A stretch of DNA of 63,994 nucleotides, the filler included, from Reclinomonas americana ATCC 50394 (lineage: Eukaryota): NCBI GenBank assembly GCA_048213135.1. It is 5 parts of 3 records of this genome, joined end to end, with 100 filler letters (N's around TTAATTAATTAA, not from the genome) between each part and the next. Parts side by side here need not be neighbours in the genome. Positions count along the whole stretch, not along the records: positions 1 to 14,578 come from PS015191.1; positions 14,679 to 31,642 come from PS015191.1; 3 more parts are not named here. One strand, written 5' to 3'. Positions 12,570-24,855 of the stretch are shown piece after piece. A program made the position numbers and the translations under genes. The first letter of the stretch is position 1, and every line of letters starts with the position of its first letter. The notes below the pieces were generated by a model. The model saw only the letters and a program-made list of their open reading frames with translations, had not been told where the DNA came from and made no database searches.

Positions 12570-14122
12570 NNNNNNNNNNNNNNNNNNNNNNNNNNNNNNN
12601 NNNNNNNNNNNNNNNNNNNNNNNNNNNNNNNNNNNNNNNNNNNNNNNNNNNNNNNNNNNNNNNNNNNNNNNNNNNNNNNNNNNNNNNNNNNNNNNNNNNN
12701 NNNNNNNNNNNNNNNNNNNNNNNNNNNNNNNNNNNNNNNNNNNNNNNNNNNNNNNNNNNNNNNNNNNNNNNNNNNNNNNNNNNNNNNNNNNNNNNNNNNN
12801 NNNNNNNNNNNNNNNNNNNNNNNNNNNNNNNNNNNNNNNNNNNNNNNNNNNNNNNNNNNNNNNNNNNNNNNNNNNNNNNNNNNNNNNNNNNNNNNNNNNN
12901 NNNNNNNNNNNNNNNNNNNNNNNNNNNNNNNNNNNNNNNNNNNNNNNNNNNNNNNNNNNNNNNNNNNNNNNNNNNNNNNNNNNNNNNNNNNNNNNNNNNN
13001 NNNNNNNNNNNNNNNNNNNNNNNNNNNNNNNNNNNNNNNNNNNNNNAAGAGGAGGAGGAGGAGGAGGAGGAGGAGGAGGAGGAGGAGGAGAAGAAGAAGA
13101 ACAAGGAGAAGGAGAAGAAGAAGAAGAAGACGAAAGAAGACGAAGAAGAAGAATAAGAACAAGAAGAAGAAGGAGGAGGAGGAGAGATTGCACAAGACAC
13201 TCTGGGAAAGGGAGAGACTGCCGTCGGCGTTGCTACAGAGGAACATAGAAAGAGATTGCAGTACTCTGGGAAAAGACGAGACTGCCATCGCCGGTACAAC
13301 GAGATACACAAAGAAGGCATCGATAAAGCGCGGAGACACAGTAATCTGGGAGACGGAACGCACTCGGAGACAGGAAGAGAGAGACAGAGATGAACAGCCT
13401 TGTCCTGTAATCTCTGACCACCAACTCACATCAAAACCGAATGGACATTGTGGATGTGAAGCCGGTGCGACGACTGCACCGCGGAGTGGAACGTTGAAAT
13501 CGGGTCCCCATGGCTGCCATCCCCGTATCAAACAAAGATTAGCAACACAGATGCGCATACGATGATCACAAGCAATGCCGACGCAACGTGAAACGACACA
13601 TCGTCGGGCACGCTGCTCTTGGTCAGCTCAATAAACGGGAAAATGACGGGTCGCTGATTCGTCGCCTCTGCGGCTGCTTCTGCGGGGGGAGCCGGAGCAG
13701 CCGCAGAGGCGGTGGCGTCATCGTCGGGCATTATTCTCGCCTCCGTCATTTCGCGTGGCTGTGCCCACTTGCCGTCGCCAGCCGCCGCCGTGCCTTCGGC
13801 TTGCGGCGATGTGGTTCCCGAGTCGTGCGGCGAGCCGGGGTTCGCAGCATATCGTGACACAGAGTTGATGGCATCGATCCACTGCTGCCGGTCGAGATCA
13901 TTGTCGGCCGAGGCCAGGTACACATTGCGCTTGGCCTGTGTGCACCAGAGTGAGAAGACGGTGTGCGGTAGAAGCTATGCTGGGCACACACACACACACC
14001 TTGGAGTGGCGGGTGGTGATGGTGAAACAAAAGGGCGCCTCACGCGTGCGCGGGGCCTCGGCGGCCACCGCGTCCTTGAGTGGAATCTGGCCTTGCGGTG
14101 CCCAATCCTACACCGAGGCAAC

Positions 14123-14154
<32 letters not shown>

Positions 14155-14537
14155 GGTACACACAAAACGAGACACACGCAACTCCTGCGCTGCGATAGTA
14201 CTGCAAGAAGCGCACAGTCAGCGCAAAGTACCGCCGCTTCCAGTTCTTGACAATCGCGCCCTGCTTCGTCAACCACCCCGAGTGAATCAAATCCTCGCGG
14301 CCAAGCAGCTCAAAGCACCCAGGCTGCGCAGAACAGAGACAGTGAGGAAGGAGAAGGAGACTGACGAGGTCTTGCACAGAAGGGGGGGACCTTTTCGACT
14401 TGGAACACAAAGAGGAACCACGACTCGTCCTCGCGATTGACAATGAGATAGCGTGATCGCCAGGCCGGAAAAATGCCGCGCGTGCGGAAGCGACACACGC
14501 CAGCGCGGGAGGCGCCGAGGAGGTACACGGAGGAGGG
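11833..14537 (-). CDS. Multi-PH-domain protein (at least 2, probably 3 PH domains), 5'-partial
   Basis: Canonical PH: HSGWLTKQGAIVKNWKRRYFAL...GQIPL...PFCFTI...YLASADNDLDRQQWIDAI. C-terminal PH: PFGFD/ITVPGSSRYQFICDSDEDRNEWIRVL. An upstream PH-like fragment reads RSRYLIVNREDESW. The first visible exon follows an acceptor next to a gap. Confidence 0.85.
12100..13360 (+). repeat. Degenerate ~60-80 bp intronic repeat (core CAGTA[C/A]TCTGGGAA...GAGACCGCCATCG) plus GA/GGA/GAA microsatellites
   Basis: Core copies near 12105, 12179, 12241, 12320, 12390, 13197, 13259 and 13339, within intron 11983-13429. Confidence 0.7.
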
Positions 14538-14622
14538 CTGTGAGAGAGGGAGAAGGAGAAGGAGAAGGGGAAGGAGAANNNNNNNNNNNNNNNNNNNNNN
14601 NNNNNNNNNNNNNNNNNNNNNN

Positions 14623-14634
14623 TTAATTAATTAA
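14623..14634. other. Artificial scaffold linker TTAATTAATTAA (stops in all six frames)
   Basis: Identical 12-mer centred in a ~100-bp N block. It also occurs at 31687, 60899 and 62672. Confidence 0.95.
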
Positions 14635-14679
14635 NNNNNNNNNNNNNNNNNNNNNNNNNNNNNNNNNNNNNNNNNNNNT

Positions 14680-16692
14680 AGCCGAGTCGGTGTCTTGTCT
14701 GTTTCACGCGGCCGCCGCGGTTTCTCGTCGGAGCCCAGCGTACGCGGGTCAATACGAGGCAAGCGACTTGGCGAGGAACCATCTGCCACCGCGCCACCGC
14801 CCGCACCGCCGTCATTCGCCTCCAGGAATCCATTGTGGTTCTTCTGTGAACACGCAGAAAGAGAGAATTCAGCGATGCGTCGCGCGAAGCACAACAACAA
14901 CAACAGCAACAGCAACAGCACCTTTTGCAGTCTATCGTACGCCGTCTGGTATCGCGCACGAACACGGGCAGACGTCGGTTCCGAGGGCGATACTAATGGT
15001 CGCGAACCTCGCTCCTCGTCATTGACCGCATCCGCCGCGCTCTCGTCACCAGCACCTGCTCCCGCACCCGCACCGGGCACTCGCCGTGGTCGCTGTGCAA
15101 ATGGAGAAGGGAGAGGGGAACACGTGAGCACCACCAAAAAACACAAGACACGTGATGAAGCGTTCTCATCGACACCTTTTCTGGACTTCTGCTGTGACCC
15201 GTCGTTCGCGTCGGCTCTGCACTCGCCACTCGTGCCTTTCGCTGCTTCTTGCGAGCCGGTGCGGCTCGTGCTCCGGCCGACGCTGTCGACGCACCACCAC
15301 CACCGCCGCTCACCACTGTCGTCGTGTCGGTCACCACAATTCCCATGCGCTGATTCTGCGTCTCCATCTCGCGAATGAGCGCGTCCACTCGATGCACCAT
15401 GCTCTGAATGGCGTGCTTCTTGTGGCGCATCTCCACCAGCGTCTCCTCCAGTGAATCCTTGACCGACGTGCTCTCATCTTGCGTCTGTTGCAGCTTGCGC
15501 CGCAAATGCTCGCACTGCTCCTTCAACGACTGCGCATTCACCGTCACCTGCTGCTCCTTGTGCTTGCGCGATTCAATCTCCGCGCGCAGCGTCTCGCAGT
15601 CCTTCTCGTGCTGCTTCTGCATGTTGCTGTATTCGATAATCTTGCGTTCCAGCGTCTCCACGTCCAGCATTTTGGCCGCCAGCGTGTGTTGTGCCTTGCC
15701 GCTGCGCACGCAAGCACAGGTAAGTCACCAGCAGCAGCAGCAGTAGGATAGAATAGAGAGGCTGACGACATGGGCGCACCGATTCGCCGCACTCAGCGCA
15801 TTCTCCTTCTCCATGCGTTGCAACAGGCGCTCCTTCAGCTTTAGTGCCCGATCAAACGCCGATAATCTGCTCCCATTATCATCAGCACATGACAACAATA
15901 ACATCCCCCAACGGGTGTGCGTGTACATGTGACCACATGCCTGTGTCGTGCGCCCTTGTACCGATCCTCCACCGAGCGATGCTTCACCAGCAAGTCCTCG
16001 TACTTGTCACGCCACTGACCAGCGCTATCCTCGGCCTCGCCCAACTGCCCAGCCAACTCCTGCAGCGCCTGCTCCATTTGCACCAGCGCATCGTCGTGTT
16101 CCCGATTCGATCGCTCCAGCTCCTCTTCCAGCTTATCCAGCATCTCTTGCTGCGCGATGAACGATCGTTGGTCGGACAAGTCACTTTGCTGCTGATTGAC
16201 AATCGACACAAACCATCGATTGCCTCTCGGCCTCCAGCAGGCGACGCAATTGGCCGGCCTCGTCCTCCAGTCGCATCGCCCACTGCTCCTGCATGCGACG
16301 CATCTTGCGCACCTCGCGCGGAGTGCGTTGCTGCCCCCCATCGTTGCCCGCAGATGTCCCATTGGCCGCATTGGATACCTCACTATTGCGTGGAGGATCG
16401 GAGTTGAGAGAGAGAGGGAGGGAGGGGAGTGTGCGAGGGAGAGGGAGACGCAACATCATCTTGAGCTCGCGTCGCAGGGCATTGCGCTGCTTCGCTCCTC
16501 GGTCGACGAGATCATGAGCACCGACAAAGCGTTCCAGTGCACTATACCCGCACACACACACACACAAAGAAAGAGAGACAGAGAGAGGAGAGAGAGTGAG
16601 CAACTGTGTCTGATAGAGCAGTGAAAAGTGAATCTGACGGTTCACCGATCAATCTCGTCGCCTTTTGCCACGGCGACTGGTTCATCGCTCAT
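14680..16692 (-). CDS. Long coiled-coil protein, 3'-partial; may be the 5' part of the multi-PH gene
   Basis: Starts MSDEPVAVAKGDEIDR. Heptad-rich exons include QQEMLDKLEEELERSNRE and LERKIIEYSNMQKQHEKDCETLRAEIE. The frame is open at the gap. Confidence 0.75.
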
Positions 16693-16939
16693 CTTGTGTG
16701 CAATGAACGGACTGACTCGTTGCTGACACTGAAAGGCCTCAGCACAAACGCAGGATAACACAAAAACACGATGGGGCGTTGTTAATGACTCATGTCATGT
16801 CGGTTGTCCGAGGGACAGATGAAATGTCCCTTTTCCCGATCCCGAGAGCTCCAAGCGGGGAAAGCGCATTGTTTCCCTCCTCCGCCACCGCTGCTGCAGC
16901 TGCTTGGCGCCGATTCCTGGGCTTATTCTTTGCCTCTTC

Positions 16940-18803
16940 TCAGGTGGGAATTGGGGCGGATTTGTGGTTGGCCAAGCGCGCGGACAACGAGACGCCGTCC
17001 ATCTCCACGTCGTCGATCGGAATGGGCTCGTCTGGCGATGCATCGGGAAAGGGGTGAGTGGTAGAATAGAAAGGCCATTGCGAGGAGAAACGCACCGTCC
17101 ATATCGCCGTCGTCGTCGTCGAAAAGGTCCTCCAGTGCCGCTGCACGAAACCCAGTGAGCGAGCAGCAATGCACAGTACGACACAAGAAGAACGCACCAA
17201 AGTTGACTTTCGGGGCGGTGGCTGTCGACATGAGCGAAAAGTCGCGTATCCACGACCAGAATGCCACCACGTCGTCCACGGCTGTCTCCCACACGGCTGC
17301 CTGACAGCCGTTTGCGTAGCCGCTGGCGCCGCTGCGCCACGCGCCGACCAAGAAGCCGGCGAGTGGCGACACCGACAGACCCATCACCGCAATGAGCGGC
17401 GACACGGGCACCAGCACCACGGCCAGACACGGCGCATAGTCCCACGCGCGTCGACACAAGCGCACCGTCGCCGGCACGCACCACACAAACGACGTGGCCA
17501 GCACACCGATCGGCGTAATCACACCACCGACGACACTGGCCACCACGCCCGTCACCAACCCCAACAGCGACACATCCAGCGGCTTCCACGGCACCGGCAT
17601 CTCGTGATCCCCATTATCGTTGTCGCCCTCGCCCTCGCCCTCCGCGCCCGAGAACGCTGCCTCCACATCGACGCCACGATTCTTCAGCTTCTTCGGCACC
17701 ACATCCGTCCACAGCGCATCCTGCCACCGACACAGCGCCGACAGAAACGTGTACGCTCCCCACCAGCAATCCTCATCGGCCTCGGTGGTCACACGCTTGA
17801 GACCGACCGGCTGCGGCTGCGGCGCACTGGTCAAGCTCGACTGGAAGCCGGCCACCTGCAGAAAGTACGCCAGCGACGGCAACAGCGGCGAGGCGAGCAG
17901 TGTCGCACCCACTGCCAGCAACGGTCCCACCACCGGCAACACCACCAGCAGCACAGGCATTAGCAGTGTGCACAGGATGGCCAGGTTCGGCCCGAAGAAC
18001 CACCATAGGAAGGGGAACATGTGTCTGTGGGTGTGTGTGAGAAAGGCACGTGAGGGAGGAGGAGGAGGAGGAGGAGGAGGAGGAGGAGATCAAGAAGAAG
18101 AACGACGAGGAGGAGTAAGAAGGAGAAGTCGAAGAAGAAGAAGGAGAGGGAGAAGAAGAAGAAGAAGAAGAAGAAGAGGCCCAAGGAGGATGAGGAGGAG
18201 GAGGAGGAGGAGGAGGAGGAGGAGGAGGAGGAGGAGGAGGAGGAGGAGGAGGAGGTGAGAGCAACAATGCACGAGAGAGAGAGAGCTGACCGTGTGACTG
18301 GCCACCACGCGCGCACAACCGTCCACACTGTTCTTCCCGCGACCATGCACGCAAACGGAAGCGCGTTGATGAAGCCCCATGGAATGAACAGAGGAACAAG
18401 ACAGAACTGAGTGGCCTTCTTGCGTGTGGTAATGCCTACGCGCGCGCGTGTGAGAAGAGTGAGACACTGTGAGAGCTCGAGACACTGTGTGTGCGTGAGA
18501 CCTGCAATGTTGCCGAGAATGACCACAAAGAGGAACCAGCCAGCGTAGTAGACCAGCACAGTGATGCCAAGAGAGAAGACGCCGATCTGTGTCACCCACC
18601 ACATGATATGAAGAAAACAAACGAACACACTAAAGGGTGCAATTTCGTTTGTCACACTTTGGGGTTTGCCATGAGCGCGGAAGACGACGCATGGGCGCCC
18701 TGTGAGTGCGCAAAGAAGAAGAGCGCCTTTGCCGCGTGCATGTTACGCGCACACACACTCTCACACACAGACACAATGCTGACTGACTTCCCCAACACAG
18801 CAT
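16940..18803 (-). CDS. Multi-pass membrane protein resembling the plant At3g27390-like uncharacterised family
   Basis: Several hydrophobic helices (FGPNLAILCTLLMPVLLVVLPVVGPLL; PLDVSLLGLVTGVVASVVGGVI) and an acidic tail ending APIPT*. The family resemblance is from memory and the start is inferred. Confidence 0.6.
18055..18254 (+). repeat. Intronic (GGA)n/(GAA)n trinucleotide microsatellite
   Basis: Directly visible tandem triplets. Confidence 0.9.
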
Positions 18804-18869
18804 TCACTCTGCAACTGGTCTTCTGGTGACTGTGTGCTCTCGTTGCTTTGCGGTGACTGTGTATCGCGA

Positions 18870-21800
18870 GGATGAGCGTGAGAGGGCGCTGGTGGCGGTT
18901 AGTGAGAGAGCAAGGCGTGTGGAGGGTGCGTTGGTGGCGGTGTCTGGCGATGGGCAGTGGATGAGTGTGGTGGGGCGACGGCGTCGTGATGTGGTGACGG
19001 GGTGGAGTGTGCGTGGTGAGCAGCGGTTGCGTGCGGTGCAGGTGCCGCATGCGGTGTGTGCGTTGGACGTCGGGTGCGTCGTGCGTTGTTTCGTGCATGC
19101 CTGCCTCCTCTGGTGTCTCACGATGAAGCAGGCGAGTGACGGTGGTGGCGCTGTTGGAGAGTGGCGAGGTGGTGTCGTGGAGTCTGTTGGTGGGCGTGTC
19201 GAGTGATGAGGAGTTGAGAAGAGTGGCGGGAGGGAGTTGTCTCAAGCAGGGCGTGTTTGTGCGAGTGCATCCGCAACGTGACGCCGTGGCGCTGTGCGGT
19301 GGCCACGCTGGTGCGTGTGTTGTGGATGTGGAGGCGGGCGATGTGCATGCGTTTGTGGTTCGCGATGCGCTGCTGTGTGCGACGTGGCTGGTGGGCGATG
19401 CACTCGACTGCGACATTGGTGAGTGGCGTGACGATGGATGGCTGCTTGCCTTTCTTGTATCTCATGTGTGGTGCAGCCACGGGCGACAAGCGCGGTCATG
19501 TGCGGTTGTGGAGATGGAGAGGGCAAGGGGTGCCGGTGGCGGTGCGCGAACTCACTGCACTGCACGGCGAGTGTGTGGCACTGTGCACGTCGCCGTCGTC
19601 GTCGTCGCACTTGCTGCTGGCCTCGACTGCGCACTCCCTCTCGTTGCACCGGTTGCGCTCGTCGGGCCGCGGTGGCAACGAGCCACGACTGGGAACATGG
19701 GTTCCGGCGACAGCATCCACCGCCGCCGCGCGAATGCTGGCCGTGGGCTGGTCTAGCGACCGGCAACGCGTGCTGGCCGTCAAGGCGCGCCAGTTGCATC
19801 AGTTTGAGGTGGGGGATGCGATCGGCGACGACGACGAGGAGACAGGTCGTCGCGAAAAAAGTAGTTGCGCACGAGCGGTGACCCTTATTGCGTAATGACG
19901 CCCGACTGACGTGCTGTTCGTTGCAGTGCTGCCGCGTCCTGGAAATCGAGGTTCGGCCGCTGCTTCTTGCATCCGTTGTGGTCTCCCAATGCTCACTCAC
20001 CCGCTGTCGCTCTCCAATAGCTGCCTGGCGGGTTCGACACTCGCTTCCGATCAAGGCCTCATCGCTGGCGTGGTCTCCCAACGGGGACCAGCTGTTTGCG
20101 GCGGTAACGGGACGACGGTCGTGGCTGTGGCCATTCGTGGCCGATCAAAAGACCACACTCGTTCGGTGGAATGCTGATGCCGGGGACGAAGTCGATCACG
20201 TGGCCACTCTGCGGACCTCGCAGCCAGTGCGCCATCTCTGCTGCTTGCGCTACTCGTCGAAACACGACAGCGCGGACATTGGTGTGGCTGGCCTCTGTGG
20301 AGCCGAGTTGTTTCTGGTGAATCCGCACACGGGTCACGTGTTTGCGTGGGTGGGAACGCGTGTGGCCGCCATGGCAGCGTGTCCACGGACAGCCGGTCGA
20401 TTGTGGGTGGCACTTCGCAGTGGCCAGTTGCTGGCCGTCGGTGCGAATGAGTGTGATGCATGTTTTCGGGGGGTACTTCGCCGCCTCACTCCCCTGTGTC
20501 TGTGTGCGTGCAGACGTGACCTCTGACTTTGCCGCACTGGTGGCTAGCGCCACCGGTCATCTGGGTGGTGGAGTGGTGCGATCGCTGGCTCCAAATCCGA
20601 CCGGCGAACTGCTGGCGGTGACGTTTTCCCACCGTCGGCCTCTGCTGGTAGTGGAGTCGCAGTCGTGCCGAGTGTGGAGTGAGTGGCCTGCTGCGTCCAT
20701 CATGGCCGGCACCGACAAGGTGGCGAGCGTTGTGTGGAGTGCCAACTCTGCCGCGCTGCACGTGCTCACCACCGACGGGACACTGAGTACGCTCACTCTG
20801 GCTACCGCGGGTGACGAGACCGCGTCGAGTACCACGGCACAGGTTTCGCGTGGCGTGGCCTGTGTGGCACAGGCGCCGCACTCCAGTGGCGTGACAGACA
20901 GCGTGGCAGTGCTCGGCATGAGCAGTGGTGGCGTTGTGCTGCGCGACTTGTCTGCGCGGCGCGTGCACGGCAAATGTGCCCTCGGTTCGGCGCCGACCAT
21001 GGTGGCGGTTGACGAAAGCGGCACCCGGCTTGCGGTGTTGTTGCCCGCCGCCGGGACGGTGGCCGTGGTGACAAACCAATCGAGTTGCGTTCCTAAAAGT
21101 GGTCTGCCTGTGTGTCGGCGGTGCCTCACACAACCGATAAGCAGTGGTGAGAGAGCGCACCAATGTCGACGATCGTGCGAATGAGGACGAGTTGGTGGAG
21201 GCGGAAGCGAGCGACGCCATCGACGCGCAGCTGGAGGAGCTGATGAGTGTGGAGCCGGAAGAAGGTGTGTGGTGTGACAACGTGCTTTCAGCCCCCCCGA
21301 TAAACTGACTCTCTGTTTGGCAGACGCAGAGGAGGCCACCGTGGCCTCAGCATCGGCGGCGTCGACCAAGTCCATTGGTAATAGTTTCATCCGCCTCTTT
21401 CCTCTCATTCGTCGCACTGACCACGACTATGCACAGGCCCATGTCCATCGTTTTACTGGGAGCTGACAGATGTGATTTCCACGCACCGCATGTGGGTGCA
21501 CAGTGTGGCCTTTAGTGCCGACGGAGCGCTGCTGGCGTCGTCGTCGGGCGACGGGCAGCTGTGCGTCTCGGCGGTGGAGTCGTCTACGAAACCGACAGTG
21601 ATGCGACTGCCGGATGTTTCTTGCTCGCTGTCGTGGCATCCGCGCTTCCCCGTGCTGGCAGTGGGTCTGTTTGATGGCTCGGTGGCGGTGTACCATGTGC
21701 TGCCACGGAAGCCACCCAAGTTGTTGCATCAGTTGTCACCGGTTGTTTCTGGCGCCGGCGCTGTATGGAGTGTGTGCTACGCCAGTCACTCGTCATTGCT

Positions 21801-22458
21801 GGCCGTCGCGCACGGCAAGGGCTACGTGGCGGTCTATCGTGTGACCAGCACTCCGTACGTCAAGCAGTGGTACGAGGAGGTGCATGGTGGTGGTGGTGGT
21901 GCTTTCAGTGTGCAGTTCGATGCCACTGGACACCGACTGGCAGTGGGATGTGTGGACGGTGTGACTCGCGTGTATGAAGCACGCTCGGGTGAGCTTCTGT
22001 GCGAGCTGCATGGGCACGAACAGATGGTGAGCGGCGTGGCGTGGAGTCCGCGTGGTGATCGCCTGGCCACCTCGTCCACCGACGGTACGGTGCGTGTGTG
22101 GGACGTTGCGTGTGGCGCCAGTGTGGCCACCTTTACCGCACACCGTGCGTGGGTCAAGGGTGTGGCGTGGCAAGGCGGAGAAGGACATTTTCTCTCGTCG
22201 TGTGGCTTTGATCAGTGCGTGCGTGTGTGGGCACCATACGAGGAGGCGGAGGACAGCGACGCTCAGCAGGCTGTGGCCGTCATCGAGGAGGGACAGCGGT
22301 CGTCGTTTGTCAAGTCTGCCGTGATGAGTGTGGCATGGAGTCCCGACGGCTGTCGCATGGCCACCGGCTCCATGGACAAGTCGGTGTGTGTGTACACCAT
22401 CCGATCGATGGCCGACGACAGTGAGTTCGACGTGGAAGACGATGATGGTGAGCAGTAA
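18870..22458 (+). CDS. Large WD40-repeat protein (degenerate N-terminal propellers, acidic linker, well-conserved C-terminal propeller)
   Basis: The last exon (~21436-22458) has about 7 WD repeats (VHSVAFSADG, GHEQMVSGVAWSPRG, AHRAWVKGVAW, SVAWSPDG). Upstream exons (SLAWSPNGDQL, RSLAPNPTGELL) are linked by phase-compatible introns. The start is unresolved. Confidence 0.8.
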
Positions 22459-22473
22459 ACAACGGTGCTTTTA

Positions 22474-24246
22474 TTATCGACCCTGTTCCAGTTCCGGTTG
22501 CTCAGGCTGCGGCTGTGCTGGCGGTAGCAAGTGCGGCAGCGATAGGCCGGCACACTCGCGCTCGTACTCGTCGGCCATCGCGGCCAGCTCCTCAAGCTCT
22601 TTGCGAATGGCGGCCACCACCGCCTCGTTGCTCTGCCGCAGCACAGTTCCCAACAGCGCGGCATTTGCGAGTCGGCTGGATGCCACCGAAGAGGCGGCAG
22701 AGGAGGAAGAGCAGCTGCACTCGCCAGCACCGCTGGCCGCTCCCTCCTCACCCTTCACGACGGCCGCAGAATCGCCCACCACAGCACCTGCCTTCCATCG
22801 CTCGCTCTGCATGTGCAAATCGCCCGCAAAGCCCGTGCGCACAATGAGTGAAATGTCCTTGCGCGTTTGCACATCGATGCGACGCTTCTTGCCGCCGCCG
22901 GTTGCCGTTGACGACGAGGAGGCGCCTGACGAACTGCGTGTGCTCTTATCAGAGAGAGACAAGCACGGTGAGACGTAGGAAAAGAGAACAGCAAAACAAG
23001 TGAGCAACGCACCCTTCCAAACATGCTGAGGATCGTCGGCTGCTTCTCGGCATCGGCCGACTCTGCGGCGTCGCCTCCACTTTGCACATGGAACGAGCCG
23101 TCGTCGTGCACCTCGGTGATCTCCACAGCCGCGGCCTTGCCCGCCCTCTTGCCCGCTTTGCCAGCACGCTTGCCTCGCTTGCCCGTGCCACTGGCGGCAG
23201 CCGAGGTGGCTCGTCGCTTCTTCGGCGGGCCGCCACCATCCGAATCCTCGGCCGCCAGCGCCGCCGCCAACGCCGCATCCTCCTCCTCCTGCAGTCGTCT
23301 CGCTGTCCGCTCTGTTGTCGGGGTGACTTCGCAGACCATCTCCACCTCGGTGACATCCATCACCATCGACGCCGACGACGCTGGCTCCTCTGAGAAGGCG
23401 GACGCCGACGGCTCTGTGGTTGCAGCTGAGGAAGCCGCCGTCGCTGCCGCTGCTGCCGCTGCCGCTGCTGCTGCTGCTCCCGGCGCAACCGTCTCCAGCA
23501 ACGCCACCAAGTGCTCCCGTGACGCATAGTACCCATGAACCTACACGGCTCCATCAGCATGCAGACTCACTCTCTCCTCTCACGATCTCAAAACACCCCA
23601 CCTGCGTCTCCATCTTGAACAACGATCCACCAGTCTCCTGCGCCACGCCGACAAACACCTGCAAGCAGAAGCACTCGTCGAGCAGCTCCAGGCACTGGCC
23701 GAGCCGCGGTGCATCCTTGGTGCGTTCCACACACGCCAACTGCAGCGATGTCCACCACGCCTCGCGTTCCTCCTGCGCTCGCTTGATCGTCGTCAGGCTC
23801 GAGTCGTCAAACACCTACAACACAAGAGATAGTTGTCACATGCGCATTGGTTTGAGCGCAGAGACACAGAGAGACACACCAGGAACCAGCCGAGGAACTG
23901 CTCTGCCCCAGGAGTCACCAGTGACTCGGTGTACAGCTGCATCGCGTCCTCGTCTGACATGACTGGCGTGAATCCCTGCATGCAAAATGCATCAATCAGC
24001 GCACCTGCGTGCATGTCTGTGCGTGAGAGGTGTGCACTCAACTGTGATGGTGGCGTGCTTGGCAGAGGCACCGACAGTGATCCACCCGCGAATGAGACCC
24101 GCCGAGGGCCTGCTCATCTCGGCACTCGGAAGGCGATGCAGAAACACGAGTCGCGAGTATAACTCTGCAAGTTGAGTGAGTGCGTGGAGGAGGGACGAGA
24201 GACAGGGAAGAGGGGTGTGACCTTTGGGCAGGTTGATGTGGAGCAC
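22474..24246 (-). CDS. Hypothetical protein with MIU-like ubiquitin-binding motif, basic NLS and PIP-box-like motif
   Basis: Spliced exons contain ARRLQEEEDAALAAALAAED, PPKKRR and KQPTILSMFGR, with a globular N-terminal part. The start is uncertain. Confidence 0.6.
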
Positions 24247-24855
24247 CATCTGCGATAAGATTGTAACACGAGTGGGGGACGACACGACGTTGTACAAGCA
24301 CACTCTCATTTACTCACACCATGGACAAGGTAAAAAAAGAAAGAAACACACACGCACACACGCACANNNNNNNNNNNNNNNNNNNNNNNNNNNNNNNNNN
24401 NNNNNNNNNNNNNNNNNNNNNNNNNNNNNNNNNNNNNNNNNNNNNNNNNNNNNNNNNNNNNNNNNNNNNNNNNNNNNNNNNNNNNNNNNNNNNNNNNNNN
24501 NNNNNNNNNNNNNNNNNNNNNNNNNNNNNNNNNNNNNNNAAAGACAGAAAGAACCAACAAGCACTGCTCTTGATCGGGTGCAGAGACACGCTAGGGCGAG
24601 AGGAGAGACGCGCACAAGGAGACGTGCCGAGGGCAAACTAAAACGAAAATGTCCCAAACTCGCACGCACACGCGTTCGCCCAGTGACACGCAGGATGTGT
24701 GCAAGGCAAGGATCGGTGAATGAAGAGGTGGAGTTGGCAGCGTTACTCACCCGCACAGCCACATCAAAGCCGTACTCCGACCGCTCAAGCGCCGCCATGT
24801 GAAATCCGATGAGTCATGCAGGACCGAGCGCGACCGCAAGCGACGTCGTCGTTTA

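Noticed and set aside
10118-13558. Long ORFs rich in ER/SL/poly-E or X
   Set aside because: They are translations of intronic microsatellites and N gaps.
14623-14634. Palindromic TTAATTAATTAA repeated four times, as a possible biological site (e.g. a TTAA transposon target)
   Set aside because: It is always centred in ~100-bp N blocks and stops all six frames, so it is an assembly spacer.
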